Below, one piece after another: positions 30,592-39,668 of a stretch of 39,722 nt of DNA. Location of the stretch: the IMG/VR virus record IMGVR_UViG_3300009603_000006; one strand, 5' to 3'. The position numbers were made by a program, and so were the translations under genes. How positions within the stretch are numbered: position 1 is the first letter of the stretch; the number at the start of each line of letters is the position of its first letter. The stretch comes from a virus. The notes under the pieces were generated by a model, which saw nothing but the letters and a program-made list of their open reading frames with translations, did not search any database and was not told where the DNA came from.

Positions 30592-33500
30592 ATGCCGATC
30601 CAAGAACAGAACATCAAATTCCTGGCCAGCCAGGTCATGGACGACGTACCCGAGGGCGGCGGCGCTGCCACCGGCAACGAAATCCCGGACGGGGTGATGA
30701 ACAACGTATTCGAGGACATCAGCGACCTCGACCGAGCCATGGGCCGGTTCAATCTGCGGAAGCTGTTCCTTGCCGTGCGGACCCTAAGCACCGACCTGTT
30801 CGGCGGCGCGAAAACCGTGGTCACCGCCCTGCCGGAAGACCCGGCCATCGGCTACACCCTATTCACCACCGATGATCCGTTCGACACCCGGGATCAGGCC
30901 GCCAACCGCGTGGAAGCGTATCTGTTCAAGGGGCCGATGTGGCATGGCGCGCTTTTTGAGAACCACATCACCGGCATGCGCCAGATTCGGATCATCCAGC
31001 GAGACGACACCACCACCCTGCCGCCCCGGGGCAAAACCCTGACCCTGGTACAAAACGAGGGGCAGCCGAACGAAATTGAGCAGTATGTCCGCGTAACCGA
31101 AGTCAGCGCCGAAATGCAGACCTTCACCGGCGAAGGCGGCAAGCCGTTTCAGCGCCTGATTGTGTCCCTGGACCTATCGGACGCCCTGCGCCACGACTTT
31201 ACCGGCCACCAGGTCAACGAGTATGACTCCTACGACTACAACACCGGCGCCCGCCTGCGGGACACCACTGTGGCCGATGCCACCCGGTACTTCGGCGCGC
31301 AGCCGCTAACCCAGGCCGCCGCCATCGGAGACGTTCAGCTAAAAGCAGCCAGCATGTTTACCCAGCTGGTCCCAGCCGCCCAAAGCGAGGAACCGCTGAC
31401 CTATAAAGCCCTGAACCCCGACCTGGTCCAGCAAATCGAGGCCGGCACCCGGACCGTCGAAGTAGCCCAGCCGGCCCACACCAAAGCGCGCCAGGTTACC
31501 GTGGAAAACCGCAGCCAGAACTGGAACGAAACCCTCGCACCAGCCCCCGCCCCCGGCGCCTTCAGCGTATCGTTCATGGCCCAGGGCAACTGGTACACCC
31601 TGACCGACAACGGCGAGGGGGCGGTTCTGGGATCAGACCCCGGATTCGGCACCGGCACCGTGGACTATGTAACCGGCACCGTAAGCCTGACCGCCGGCGC
31701 CCTGCCGGATGCAGGCAGCCAGATCATTTACACCTACGGCTCCCGGGTACACTACGAAGTTCGGAGCGGCACCGAAGCCATCAACGCCGACGAGGCCCGC
31801 GTGCCCTTTACGCTGGAACACAGCCCGGTGATTCCGGCCTCGGTGTCTATGCTCTGGACCACCAACGGCGAAACCAAAACCGCCACCGTGGACGCCACAG
31901 GAGCAATCACCGGAGACGCCACCGGTACGCTGGACAGCTTCGAGGGCTCCGGGGAACTGATACTGACCACCCTGCCCGATCGGGGCAGTGACCTGACCAT
32001 CAGCTACAACTGGTACGAGGCTCAAAATGCCGGCGAGGCCGTAAAGGCGGACGAAACAGTTGCCGCCACCAGCCCCATCGCCCTGAGCGCCGCCGCCAAA
32101 CCAGACACCCTGCGCTTGGAGCTCTGGCTGATATCCCCCGCAGACCAGCGCCGGCAGCACAGGATTATCGCCGTGGATCAGGGCGGCAACTTGGTTGTGC
32201 CGAAACAGCGCGCCTCAACAAGCTGGGGTAGCAGCGGCAGTGACAGTGTTGTGACTGAACAGATCATCGGCACCGTCAGCGGCGACACCGTGACCATCAC
32301 CGAATCGGCGGTTGACGTTGAGTTCTATAAACGGGGCTACGGAATGGCGGCCTGGTTCACGCAAAGGGACACCAAAAGCCTGAGCATAGATACCACCAAG
32401 GACGCCACCGCCCGCTATGTAGTGGACGGAGTAACCACAAACTCCGTAGCAGCCACCGACATCACGCCCATCGCCAGCGTTACGCTGGACCTACTGCCGA
32501 ACGTAATCGACCCCATCGTACCTGAGTCGGTGCGGTTCACCCTCGGCGGCAAAACCTACGACGACCGCAGCGGTAGCGTGTTGACCGACATCGACCCCCA
32601 GACCGGCAGCGGCTTGGCCGCCGGCTCTATCGACTACGACGCCGGCACCGCAGAGGTGACCTTCTGGGAAGACGGCCAGCCCACCGGGTTTGATGTAACC
32701 AGCTGCCTGACCGTGTACGGCGAATGGACCGCCCGGGAGGGCTTTTTCAGAACCCCCAGCGCCCCGCTGAAACCGGAAAGCCTGCAGATCATCGGCACCA
32801 CCGAGGACGGGGAGCAGATCATCGCTCGGGCCAATCAGGATGGTGAATTCATCGAGGAGTGGTTACAAGGGACCGTCAACTACACCTTCGGCACCGCCGC
32901 CGTGACCTTTGGGAAGTGGGTAGACGACGCCAGCCTGACCCCGGAAGAAAAAGAGGAAGACTGGTACGACCCGGCCAACGTTGAAAACGGAGAAATCTAC
33001 AAGCCGCGCCCGATGATAACCAGCACCCTGCGCTATAACGCCGTTGCCTTCAGCTATATCCCGCTGGACGCCGGCATTGTAGGCATCGACGCCGTGCGCC
33101 TGCCAGCCGATGGCCGAGTACCGATCTACCGCCCCGGCGATGTGGTCATGGTGATGCACCCGCAGGAAACCGCCCCGGAAACCGTGACCAGCGGCGGCAC
33201 CATCGCCACCCGGCCCCGCGTGGCATGGGTACGAGTTATGGATGCCAACGGGGAGCAGGTGACCGAGGGCTACAGTCTGGACCGTGCCACCGGCACCGTG
33301 ACCTTTGATGACGTAACCGGCATCGCAATGCCAGTCACCGTAAAGCACACGGTCGGCGACCTGCGCTTGGTGACCGACGTACAGATCACCGGGGATATGA
33401 CCCTGAGCCGGCCCCTGACGCACGACTACCCCGCAGGGGAAACCATCGTCGCCAGCTGCCTTGTTCACGGAGACCGGCGCGCCCGGGTTTCCGCAACATG

Positions 33501-33948
33501 GGATCAGAAAACATGGACCGGCACATGGCAGGACACCATCGAAGGCGACGAGGCAACCGCCACCCTGAACACCATCGCGCACCCAATCACCGTGACCAAC
33601 GAGGGGACGGAAACCGAGCGATGGCTGCTGAGATGGACGAACAGCACCGAGGTGGAGCTGATCGGCCAGCGGGTAGGCTTGGTCTATACCGGCCCCTTCA
33701 CCGAGGACATAGCACCGATCAACCCCCGCACCAGAAACGAGGACGGAAGCGGCGGCGCACCCTACCTGACCATACCCGTAGCCGCCAACGGGGGCGGTTG
33801 GAGCGCCGGCAATATTGTGCGTATTAACACCGTCGGCGCATTGGCAGACTTCTGGATGGCGCGGGCAATACAGCAATCAGACGAACCGCTTGACGATGGC
33901 GCAGACGGCTGCGAAATCCACGCCCTCGGCAACATCGACAGACCTTAA
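30592..33948 (+). CDS. Large tail-tip / host-specificity-type structural protein
   Basis: 1118-aa ORF in the tail module. The ORF itself is certain; function is inferred from size and position. Confidence 0.6.
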   Translation: MPIQEQNIKFLASQVMDDVPEGGGAATGNEIPDGVMNNVFEDISDLDRAMGRFNLRKLFLAVRTLSTDLFGGAKTVVTALPEDPAIGYTLFTTDDPFDTRDQAANRVEAYLFKGPMWHGALFENHITGMRQIRIIQRDDTTTLPPRGKTLTLVQNEGQPNEIEQYVRVTEVSAEMQTFTGEGGKPFQRLIVSLDLSDALRHDFTGHQVNEYDSYDYNTGARLRDTTVADATRYFGAQPLTQAAAIGDVQLKAASMFTQLVPAAQSEEPLTYKALNPDLVQQIEAGTRTVEVAQPAHTKARQVTVENRSQNWNETLAPAPAPGAFSVSFMAQGNWYTLTDNGEGAVLGSDPGFGTGTVDYVTGTVSLTAGALPDAGSQIIYTYGSRVHYEVRSGTEAINADEARVPFTLEHSPVIPASVSMLWTTNGETKTATVDATGAITGDATGTLDSFEGSGELILTTLPDRGSDLTISYNWYEAQNAGEAVKADETVAATSPIALSAAAKPDTLRLELWLISPADQRRQHRIIAVDQGGNLVVPKQRASTSWGSSGSDSVVTEQIIGTVSGDTVTITESAVDVEFYKRGYGMAAWFTQRDTKSLSIDTTKDATARYVVDGVTTNSVAATDITPIASVTLDLLPNVIDPIVPESVRFTLGGKTYDDRSGSVLTDIDPQTGSGLAAGSIDYDAGTAEVTFWEDGQPTGFDVTSCLTVYGEWTAREGFFRTPSAPLKPESLQIIGTTEDGEQIIARANQDGEFIEEWLQGTVNYTFGTAAVTFGKWVDDASLTPEEKEEDWYDPANVENGEIYKPRPMITSTLRYNAVAFSYIPLDAGIVGIDAVRLPADGRVPIYRPGDVVMVMHPQETAPETVTSGGTIATRPRVAWVRVMDANGEQVTEGYSLDRATGTVTFDDVTGIAMPVTVKHTVGDLRLVTDVQITGDMTLSRPLTHDYPAGETIVASCLVHGDRRARVSATWDQKTWTGTWQDTIEGDEATATLNTIAHPITVTNEGTETERWLLRWTNSTEVELIGQRVGLVYTGPFTEDIAPINPRTRNEDGSGGAPYLTIPVAANGGGWSAGNIVRINTVGALADFWMARAIQQSDEPLDDGADGCEIHALGNIDRP

Positions 33949-33960
33949 AGGAGCAAGACC

Positions 33961-35157
33961 ATGGCAGTACCAAACAACAGCACCGTTCGATGGTTTCACA
34001 GCGAGATGGCGGGGGCGCCACAGATAAATGGCAACGCTGGCGATATTATCGCCATACTTGACGCCTGCCTGATTGACGGCTTCGGCACCGCCACCCCGGA
34101 CGGCAACAAAATTACCGTCAGCGGGGGCGTGGCCACCGTGGAGTTCAGCGGCGGGCATAACTTTGAGCAATACGCCGTGATCGAAATTGCTGGGGCAACC
34201 CCCACGGCATTGAACGATGTCTGGCGGATCACCGGCACCACCGCCACCACCTTCACCTTCGACTGCCCGGAGATACCGGACGGCACAGCCACCGGCAGCA
34301 TTTCGGTTAAAAGACCAGCGCCCGGGCACTGGCAAAAAAGCTATGGCGATAACCTGAAAGCCGCCTACCAATCGACCCACCCGGATTCGAGCGGTTTCTT
34401 CTTGAGAGTAGACAACACCGGCAGTGGCACATCCGGCGTGGAAGTTAAAGGGTACACTGGGATGACAGACATAGACACAGGAAGCCAGCCTTTCCCAGCA
34501 ACCGGCTCACTTTACTGGCGTATGGTTAAGTCGACATCATACGATCCAAGACCGTGGGCGCTAATAGCAGATGAAGCCTTCATCCATTTTTTTGTTAGAT
34601 GGGAATACGACAGAAATCAAGACCGAGGCTGCGCCTTTTATAGCTTCGGTGACCTAGCAGCGGCGGATTTTTACGCATCAATTATCACGGGACAGACCAC
34701 CGCGAGCGCCGGTTATAGCTATTCCGATACTGGCGCATTCACACTGGACGACCCAACCGGCTGCTTTTTTGCTGGAGAAAGATCTGAGTATACCGCAGAG
34801 AATGTCGATTTTTTTAGAAACGGAGTAGGAGATACTACGCATCCCACCCCGCTGGCAGGCGTTCTTAGCTATCGAACTTTATCAGCTAACCCGCTAGGGC
34901 AGATTCCAAGCAAGCTCGATATGACGGGGCCGGTATTGGGTCGTGATAGTGCGGAAATAAGGGGCATAGTCCCGGGACTGAATGAGTGTTTTTTTGGTGA
35001 GGAAGTGGTTAACCAAAATGGCATCGCCGAAAATCAGTTTTCGATATTTTCCGATGAATCTGGCGCCGCCTACCTGCTGATTAAAGTGGGAGTCGTTGGT
35101 AACAGTACTTACCGTTCCGTTGTCCTTGGTATAAGTATCATGGAGCCGTGGAGATGA
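33961..35157 (+). CDS. Tail fibre/receptor-binding candidate with lower-GC C-terminal two-thirds
   Basis: 398 aa. GC falls from about 60% to about 50% after roughly nt 34380. The position is in the tail tip module. Confidence 0.5.
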   Translation: MAVPNNSTVRWFHSEMAGAPQINGNAGDIIAILDACLIDGFGTATPDGNKITVSGGVATVEFSGGHNFEQYAVIEIAGATPTALNDVWRITGTTATTFTFDCPEIPDGTATGSISVKRPAPGHWQKSYGDNLKAAYQSTHPDSSGFFLRVDNTGSGTSGVEVKGYTGMTDIDTGSQPFPATGSLYWRMVKSTSYDPRPWALIADEAFIHFFVRWEYDRNQDRGCAFYSFGDLAAADFYASIITGQTTASAGYSYSDTGAFTLDDPTGCFFAGERSEYTAENVDFFRNGVGDTTHPTPLAGVLSYRTLSANPLGQIPSKLDMTGPVLGRDSAEIRGIVPGLNECFFGEEVVNQNGIAENQFSIFSDESGAAYLLIKVGVVGNSTYRSVVLGISIMEPWR

Positions 35158-35468
35158 TCGCATTTTATAAAAGATCACTTCGCCGCGTTGCCGGGGCGGA
35201 GAAGGTTTTAGGTCGGTCCCACAGGCTGAGCGGGACAGTGCTCGACCCAAAAGGCCAGCCCTCCAATCGACAAAAAGTTCAAGTTTTTGAACAGGCCGGC
35301 GGCTTAGGCGGTCACTTGAAAGCTAAAGCGACAATCCTGACAAACGAACTCGGGCAATGGGATGTGGAGTTTTTAAGCGAAACAACCTATATGGTTATCG
35401 CTTACGACAAAAGCGGACAGTTTGACCCTGCCGCCAAAAGCGGCCTGATTCCCGAGCCAATGGAGTAA
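35154..35468 (+). CDS. Small tail-associated protein with carboxypeptidase-regulatory-like (prealbumin-type) motif
   Basis: LSGTVLDPKGQPSNRQKVQVFEQ resembles the G-x-V-x-D-x-x-G-x-P pattern. The ATG at 35154 forms an ATGA overlap (a GTG at 35148 is also possible). Confidence 0.45.
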   Translation: MIAFYKRSLRRVAGAEKVLGRSHRLSGTVLDPKGQPSNRQKVQVFEQAGGLGGHLKAKATILTNELGQWDVEFLSETTYMVIAYDKSGQFDPAAKSGLIPEPME

Positions 35469-35472
35469 CCGA

Positions 35473-35880
35473 ATGGCCCTGACCTTATCCCCCGCCCATG
35501 AGGCCGCACGACAACAAGCGGCCCGGTTGCCGGCGCTGCAGGAAAGCCACGCTCGGCTGATTGCCAGTCCCGGGGAATCCGTGGTCCAGCTATTTGAGGG
35601 CAGTCCCGACACCGGCACTCTGATCGCGGAACTGCAGATGGCGCCAGCGGTTCTGACCCTAGACGCCGAGAACGTGCTGATCCAGACCACCGCCGCCATC
35701 GAGGGTCAAGCGACCATAGAGGGAACCGTGAGCAGCGCGAGGATACTGGACGGCACCGGGGCATGGTGGGCCGACGCCACCGTGACCGACGATGAAGGCA
35801 ACGGCAATATAAAGCTGCAGGAAACCACCCTGCAGGCCGGAGCCTTTGCCCGGATCACCAGCGCCGTATTTCAGGGGTAA
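35473..35880 (+). CDS. Hypothetical tail-module protein
   Basis: 135-aa ORF in operon register. Confidence 0.5.
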   Translation: MALTLSPAHEAARQQAARLPALQESHARLIASPGESVVQLFEGSPDTGTLIAELQMAPAVLTLDAENVLIQTTAAIEGQATIEGTVSSARILDGTGAWWADATVTDDEGNGNIKLQETTLQAGAFARITSAVFQG

Positions 35881-35883
35881 GCT

Positions 35884-37938
35884 GTGATAAAGCTCCGGCT
35901 CTGGAAGCGAAGGCAGGACACCCCGGGGCCGGTTGACCTTCGGTTCACCCCAGACCCCGGCATCATCCTGGAGCTGCTGCGCCCGAGGGAACCAACCCCC
36001 GGGCCGGTAACGCTGCAGTTTGGCCGCTATGATCCGCCGGAATACCCGGCCGTCAGTGGCACCCTGAACGCCAGCCTGCCCGTTCCAGCCCTGCCGGACA
36101 TAACCTTGACTGCCGAGGGCGAAAGCTCCGTCCCTCCGATCATGGGCACCCTGCAGGCCACCCTGCCGGCACCGACGCTGGCGGACATAACCCTGCAGGC
36201 CATCGACCAGACCCTGCAGGGGGAGCTGCTGGCGGACCTACCAAGCGCCGCCGGAGCCGTGGCCCTGGACGCCGAAGGCCACCAGAACCTGGACCTGCCA
36301 GACGCGGACGGGGTAGCAGCCGCCCTGCCGTCGCGGAATTTCCGCAGCAGCCAGACGGCCCTGGCGACGGGACAACAGGAAATGCGACGGACCAGGACCA
36401 CCCTTGGAACCCGGGAGACCATGACCCTGCCGGTCACCAAGGGGCAGAGCTTCCGCCAGCAGCAAGCGGACAAGCTGGCCGCCAGCCGGAGAATCCAGGC
36501 CCAGCATGGCCTGAAAATAGAGGGCCGCAACACCACCCTGGGCCACGCCGATGCGGTCCGAGTACGCCAGTCGTTCACCACGGACCACCAGCATGGCATC
36601 CGGGTGGGCTACGGCATCGGTCAGCGGTATGCGGAAACCGTAAAGCTGAGGGCCACCCGGCGCCAGGGCGAACAGCAGGCGGAACCGATAACCGCCACCC
36701 TGACCATCCGGGCAAACCAGGGCGCCAAGCTGGCTCTGCAGGTAAGCATCCGCCAGGCCCAGGCCATCGACCCACCGCCCGGGCTGGCCACCTGGCCGGC
36801 GCCGCCGGTTGACCCAGATACCCCGGACGACGACCAGATCACCCTGCGGTTTTGCCGAGAACAGGACGGCACCACCACCCTGATCTTTGGCTGCCCGGAT
36901 AAGGAGCCACCGGAACCAGGCGAAACCATAACCATCCCCATCAGGGAGATATACACCGTGATCAACGCCCTGACCCTGACCGAGCTGGACGGCACCCCCG
37001 TCCCGGCGGAGGACTTCAGCGCCAGCATCGACGCCGACAGCTGGACCTGGAGCTGGAACACCCGCATCCCTGCCGACGCCCTGGCGCAAGTACGCCCGGA
37101 CAGCACCACCCGCGTGGAACTGATCGCCACCATAAACGGGGAGCCCCTGCGGGTACTGGTAGAGAATATCCAGCGGGAGCGCCGATTCGGTGAAGCCTGG
37201 CTGCGCGTTTCAGGCCGTGGCCGCGCCGCGTTCCTGGCCGCTCCCCTGGCGCCGGTCACGCAGTACACCAACACCAGCGCCATGACCGCACAGCAAGCCC
37301 TGACCGCCACCCTAACCACCAACGGCGTGCCTATCGGCTGGACCGTAGACTGGCAGATCGAGGACTGGCAGATCCCGGCGGGGATCTGGTCACACAACGG
37401 CACCTGGATCGACGCCGCCAAGCGAATCGCCGAAGCCGGCGGTGCCTATGTCCAGAGCCACGACACCGACCAGACCCTACGGATTCTGCCCCGGTACCCG
37501 GTCGCCCCCTGGAACTGGAGCAGCGCCACTCCGGACATTGCGCTGCCGGAGGACGTAGTGGAGGTGGAAGGCATCGAGTGGCAGGAAAAGCCGGACTATA
37601 ACGCGGCCTGGGTACACGGCGGCGAACAGGGCCGAGCGGACCGGATCATCATCGGCACCACCGGCGGCACCAACCCCGCCCCGACCATCGTGGACGACCT
37701 GGCCACCGACCCGGCCATGACGCGCCAGCGGGGGCTGGCCCTCCTGGGCGATACCGGCAAGCAAGCCCAGATCAGCCTGCGCCTGCCAGTCCTGCCAGAA
37801 ACCGGCATGATACGCCCGGGCACCCTGATCGAATACCAGGAACAGGGCAACACCCGCCGGGGCCTGGTACGCAGCCTGAGCATCAACCACAGCTGGCCGG
37901 AGCTATGGCAGACCATCGGAGTAGAAACCCATGAGTAA
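35884..37938 (+). CDS. Large tail-tip structural protein with repeated N-terminal peptide motifs
   Basis: 684 aa, GTG start. Internal repeats are present (PGPVDLRF/PGPVTLQF; GTLNASLPVPALPDITL/GTLQATLPAPTLADITL). Confidence 0.55.
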   Translation: MIKLRLWKRRQDTPGPVDLRFTPDPGIILELLRPREPTPGPVTLQFGRYDPPEYPAVSGTLNASLPVPALPDITLTAEGESSVPPIMGTLQATLPAPTLADITLQAIDQTLQGELLADLPSAAGAVALDAEGHQNLDLPDADGVAAALPSRNFRSSQTALATGQQEMRRTRTTLGTRETMTLPVTKGQSFRQQQADKLAASRRIQAQHGLKIEGRNTTLGHADAVRVRQSFTTDHQHGIRVGYGIGQRYAETVKLRATRRQGEQQAEPITATLTIRANQGAKLALQVSIRQAQAIDPPPGLATWPAPPVDPDTPDDDQITLRFCREQDGTTTLIFGCPDKEPPEPGETITIPIREIYTVINALTLTELDGTPVPAEDFSASIDADSWTWSWNTRIPADALAQVRPDSTTRVELIATINGEPLRVLVENIQRERRFGEAWLRVSGRGRAAFLAAPLAPVTQYTNTSAMTAQQALTATLTTNGVPIGWTVDWQIEDWQIPAGIWSHNGTWIDAAKRIAEAGGAYVQSHDTDQTLRILPRYPVAPWNWSSATPDIALPEDVVEVEGIEWQEKPDYNAAWVHGGEQGRADRIIIGTTGGTNPAPTIVDDLATDPAMTRQRGLALLGDTGKQAQISLRLPVLPETGMIRPGTLIEYQEQGNTRRGLVRSLSINHSWPELWQTIGVETHE

Positions 37939-38152
37939 TCTTTATAAGCGCCTGCTCGGATTGCTGCCGAGCGAACCCAGGGACAAGGGGGAGGTAATCG
38001 CGACAACCCCGGACGGGGCCATCGTGGAGCTGGTGACCGGCGCCCGGGTACGGGTAAGGGGCGCCGCCAGCGTGGGGGATCACGTATTCATACGGGGCCG
38101 GCAGATTGAGGGGCCGGCTCCGGCTTTGGGTGGGGATGATCAGACTATCTGA
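37931..38152 (+). CDS. Hypothetical small tail-module protein
   Basis: 73 aa. It overlaps the upstream stop and is the last rightward gene. Confidence 0.5.
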   Translation: MSNLYKRLLGLLPSEPRDKGEVIATTPDGAIVELVTGARVRVRGAASVGDHVFIRGRQIEGPAPALGGDDQTI

Positions 38153-38947
38153 TCAACCCGGGTACCGGCTCTTGAGGGTATCGAGCCGTTCCTTGTCATT
38201 ATCTGAAAAGGACTTCTCAGGCAGCTCATAGCCTGGCCCTTCCAGTTTGTAGGCCTTCAGGGTCAGTATGGCATCCGCAGGAACCTCCGTTGCCCATGCT
38301 GAGAACATGTTCGGAGCAAGCGCCCAGTCCGCGCTCTCTCCCGGCTCAATACCACCCGGGATTGAGTAGTTGAAGGTGTCTTCAACCCACGGAACGGAGC
38401 GCCCCGGGCTTGCGACAACGCCTTCAAAAAATACCCTGGACACCGCCTTATCGGTGGCATTAACGACACTCAGCTCAATGATGGGCTTTTTCATAAACCC
38501 ATCATCCCGCTTATACAGCCGAGACTTGGTTACCTGGAATTTCTCGAGATCTGATTGAGCAGCCGCGGCTGCCGCTTTCTTTTCCTCGAGTTCCTTTATC
38601 TCTTGCAGCGCCTGCTCTCTCTGCCGGGCCTCTCGCTCACGGATGATCCTCTCGCTTTTCGCAATCACTTCATCGGCGGTTTTGCCATCCAGACGGGCCA
38701 GCATGCCTTGGGTAATATCCTCGGCAGATTGCTCTCCGCGCATCACTGCCCCCAAATCCATTCCGCTTCCCATGATGGTCACGATCGCCGAGTTAAACTG
38801 CTGTTGCTTTGATGGATCTAGGGAGTCTTTCACTTCCTGGATCGATACTTTCAGCTCGGTTTCGCTTGCCGCATTTAGTTTCGGCTCAGAGCAGCCTGCC
38901 AATAGCGCTGCGATGACAACAACTGAAATCGATGATCTAAGGCCCAC
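38153..38947 (-). CDS. Cargo lipoprotein (DUF6694-like N-terminal region, coiled coil, C-terminal beta-type domain)
   Basis: The signal peptide and lipobox are VVVIAALLAG|C. An AAGGAGG RBS precedes the GTG at 38947. GC is about 45-50%. The gene is on the opposite strand to the tail operon. Confidence 0.75.
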   Translation of the reverse strand: MGLRSSISVVVIAALLAGCSEPKLNAASETELKVSIQEVKDSLDPSKQQQFNSAIVTIMGSGMDLGAVMRGEQSAEDITQGMLARLDGKTADEVIAKSERIIREREARQREQALQEIKELEEKKAAAAAAQSDLEKFQVTKSRLYKRDDGFMKKPIIELSVVNATDKAVSRVFFEGVVASPGRSVPWVEDTFNYSIPGGIEPGESADWALAPNMFSAWATEVPADAILTLKAYKLEGPGYELPEKSFSDNDKERLDTLKSRYPG

Positions 38948-38981
38948 GGTGCCTCCTTGTCTTTGGGTTTGGGTTTGGGGG

Positions 38982-39428
38982 TTAGCGGTAGTAACCGCTC
39001 CAATCTGTCACGCATCCATTTTCAAAGTACACGTAACTGGCTGAGTAGTTGGGGTAGTGGTATGCCCACTGCGTCCGACGACCGGTGCGAACACTCGACG
39101 GGCTTCCCCACGATCTGCGCACATCCTCCGGCTTCATACCTCGAACGATTTTGTTCTGGATAATGTATTGGCGTAGATCTGTCGAATTGATGAAAGGGCA
39201 CGGATCGACCGTTCGCTCACGCTTCTCTGGCTGATAGAACTCAGCATCAGCGCCAGTATCAAATCGTCCACCGATCGCGGGAGCGGGTCTGTTTTCGATC
39301 TGCTTTGAATCCTCACCACAGGGCTGGTCAGAAAAGACCGTTTGACCATTAACCGTGCACTGGTAGATAGCGGCCTGGGCGCCGGCGGGGCAGATAAGCG
39401 TGATTAAGAGCAACGTCCTTTTGAGCAT
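38982..39428 (-). CDS. Cargo secreted protein with DUF4124-like N-terminal domain
   Basis: The signal peptide is MLKRTLLLITLICPAGAQA, followed by IYQCTVNGQTVFSDQPC (the DUF4124 pattern). An AGGAGG RBS lies 6 nt upstream of the ATG at 39428. Confidence 0.75.
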   Translation of the reverse strand: MLKRTLLLITLICPAGAQAAIYQCTVNGQTVFSDQPCGEDSKQIENRPAPAIGGRFDTGADAEFYQPEKRERTVDPCPFINSTDLRQYIIQNKIVRGMKPEDVRRSWGSPSSVRTGRRTQWAYHYPNYSASYVYFENGCVTDWSGYYR

Positions 39429-39541
39429 GCTAACCTCCTTTTTTGGATACCTTAGCCAATGCAGCCAAAAACTGCATGTCAAAGAGTGTTAAATAGCATG
39501 CTGGCGGATGTTAGTTACCCTGAAATTTGGTGGGTGTGACG

Positions 39542-39560
39542 CCAAAACGGCAACCAAAAC
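39542..39560 (+). repeat. Candidate integrase arm-type sites near attR (2 x CCAAAAC, 12 bp apart)
   Basis: gCCAAAACggcaaCCAAAACt carries the same heptamer, in the same orientation, as the sites near attL (107-113, 129-135). Confidence 0.35.
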
Positions 39561-39668
39561 TATAATGTAAGGCTTTGATTCGTAACGACCCAAATTCCCG
39601 ATTTTCTCGGCACACGAAATACCCGCTTTCCTTTTTATATCAATGCCCTGCCCGGCTTCGCGCCCATA

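Noticed and set aside
39454-39482. Promoter for the cargo genes (TTGACA on the minus strand at 39482-39477)
   Set aside because: No acceptable -10 hexamer lies at 16-18 nt (TTGGCT at 17 nt, TAAGGT at 22 nt). The promoter remains unassigned, and the dyad there is noted in the cargo finding.
39533-39566. Outward-facing promoter at the right end (perfect TATAAT at 39561-39566)
   Set aside because: The best upstream hexamer (GTGACG) is at a 19-nt spacing and there is no gene downstream within the window. The evidence is insufficient to call a promoter.
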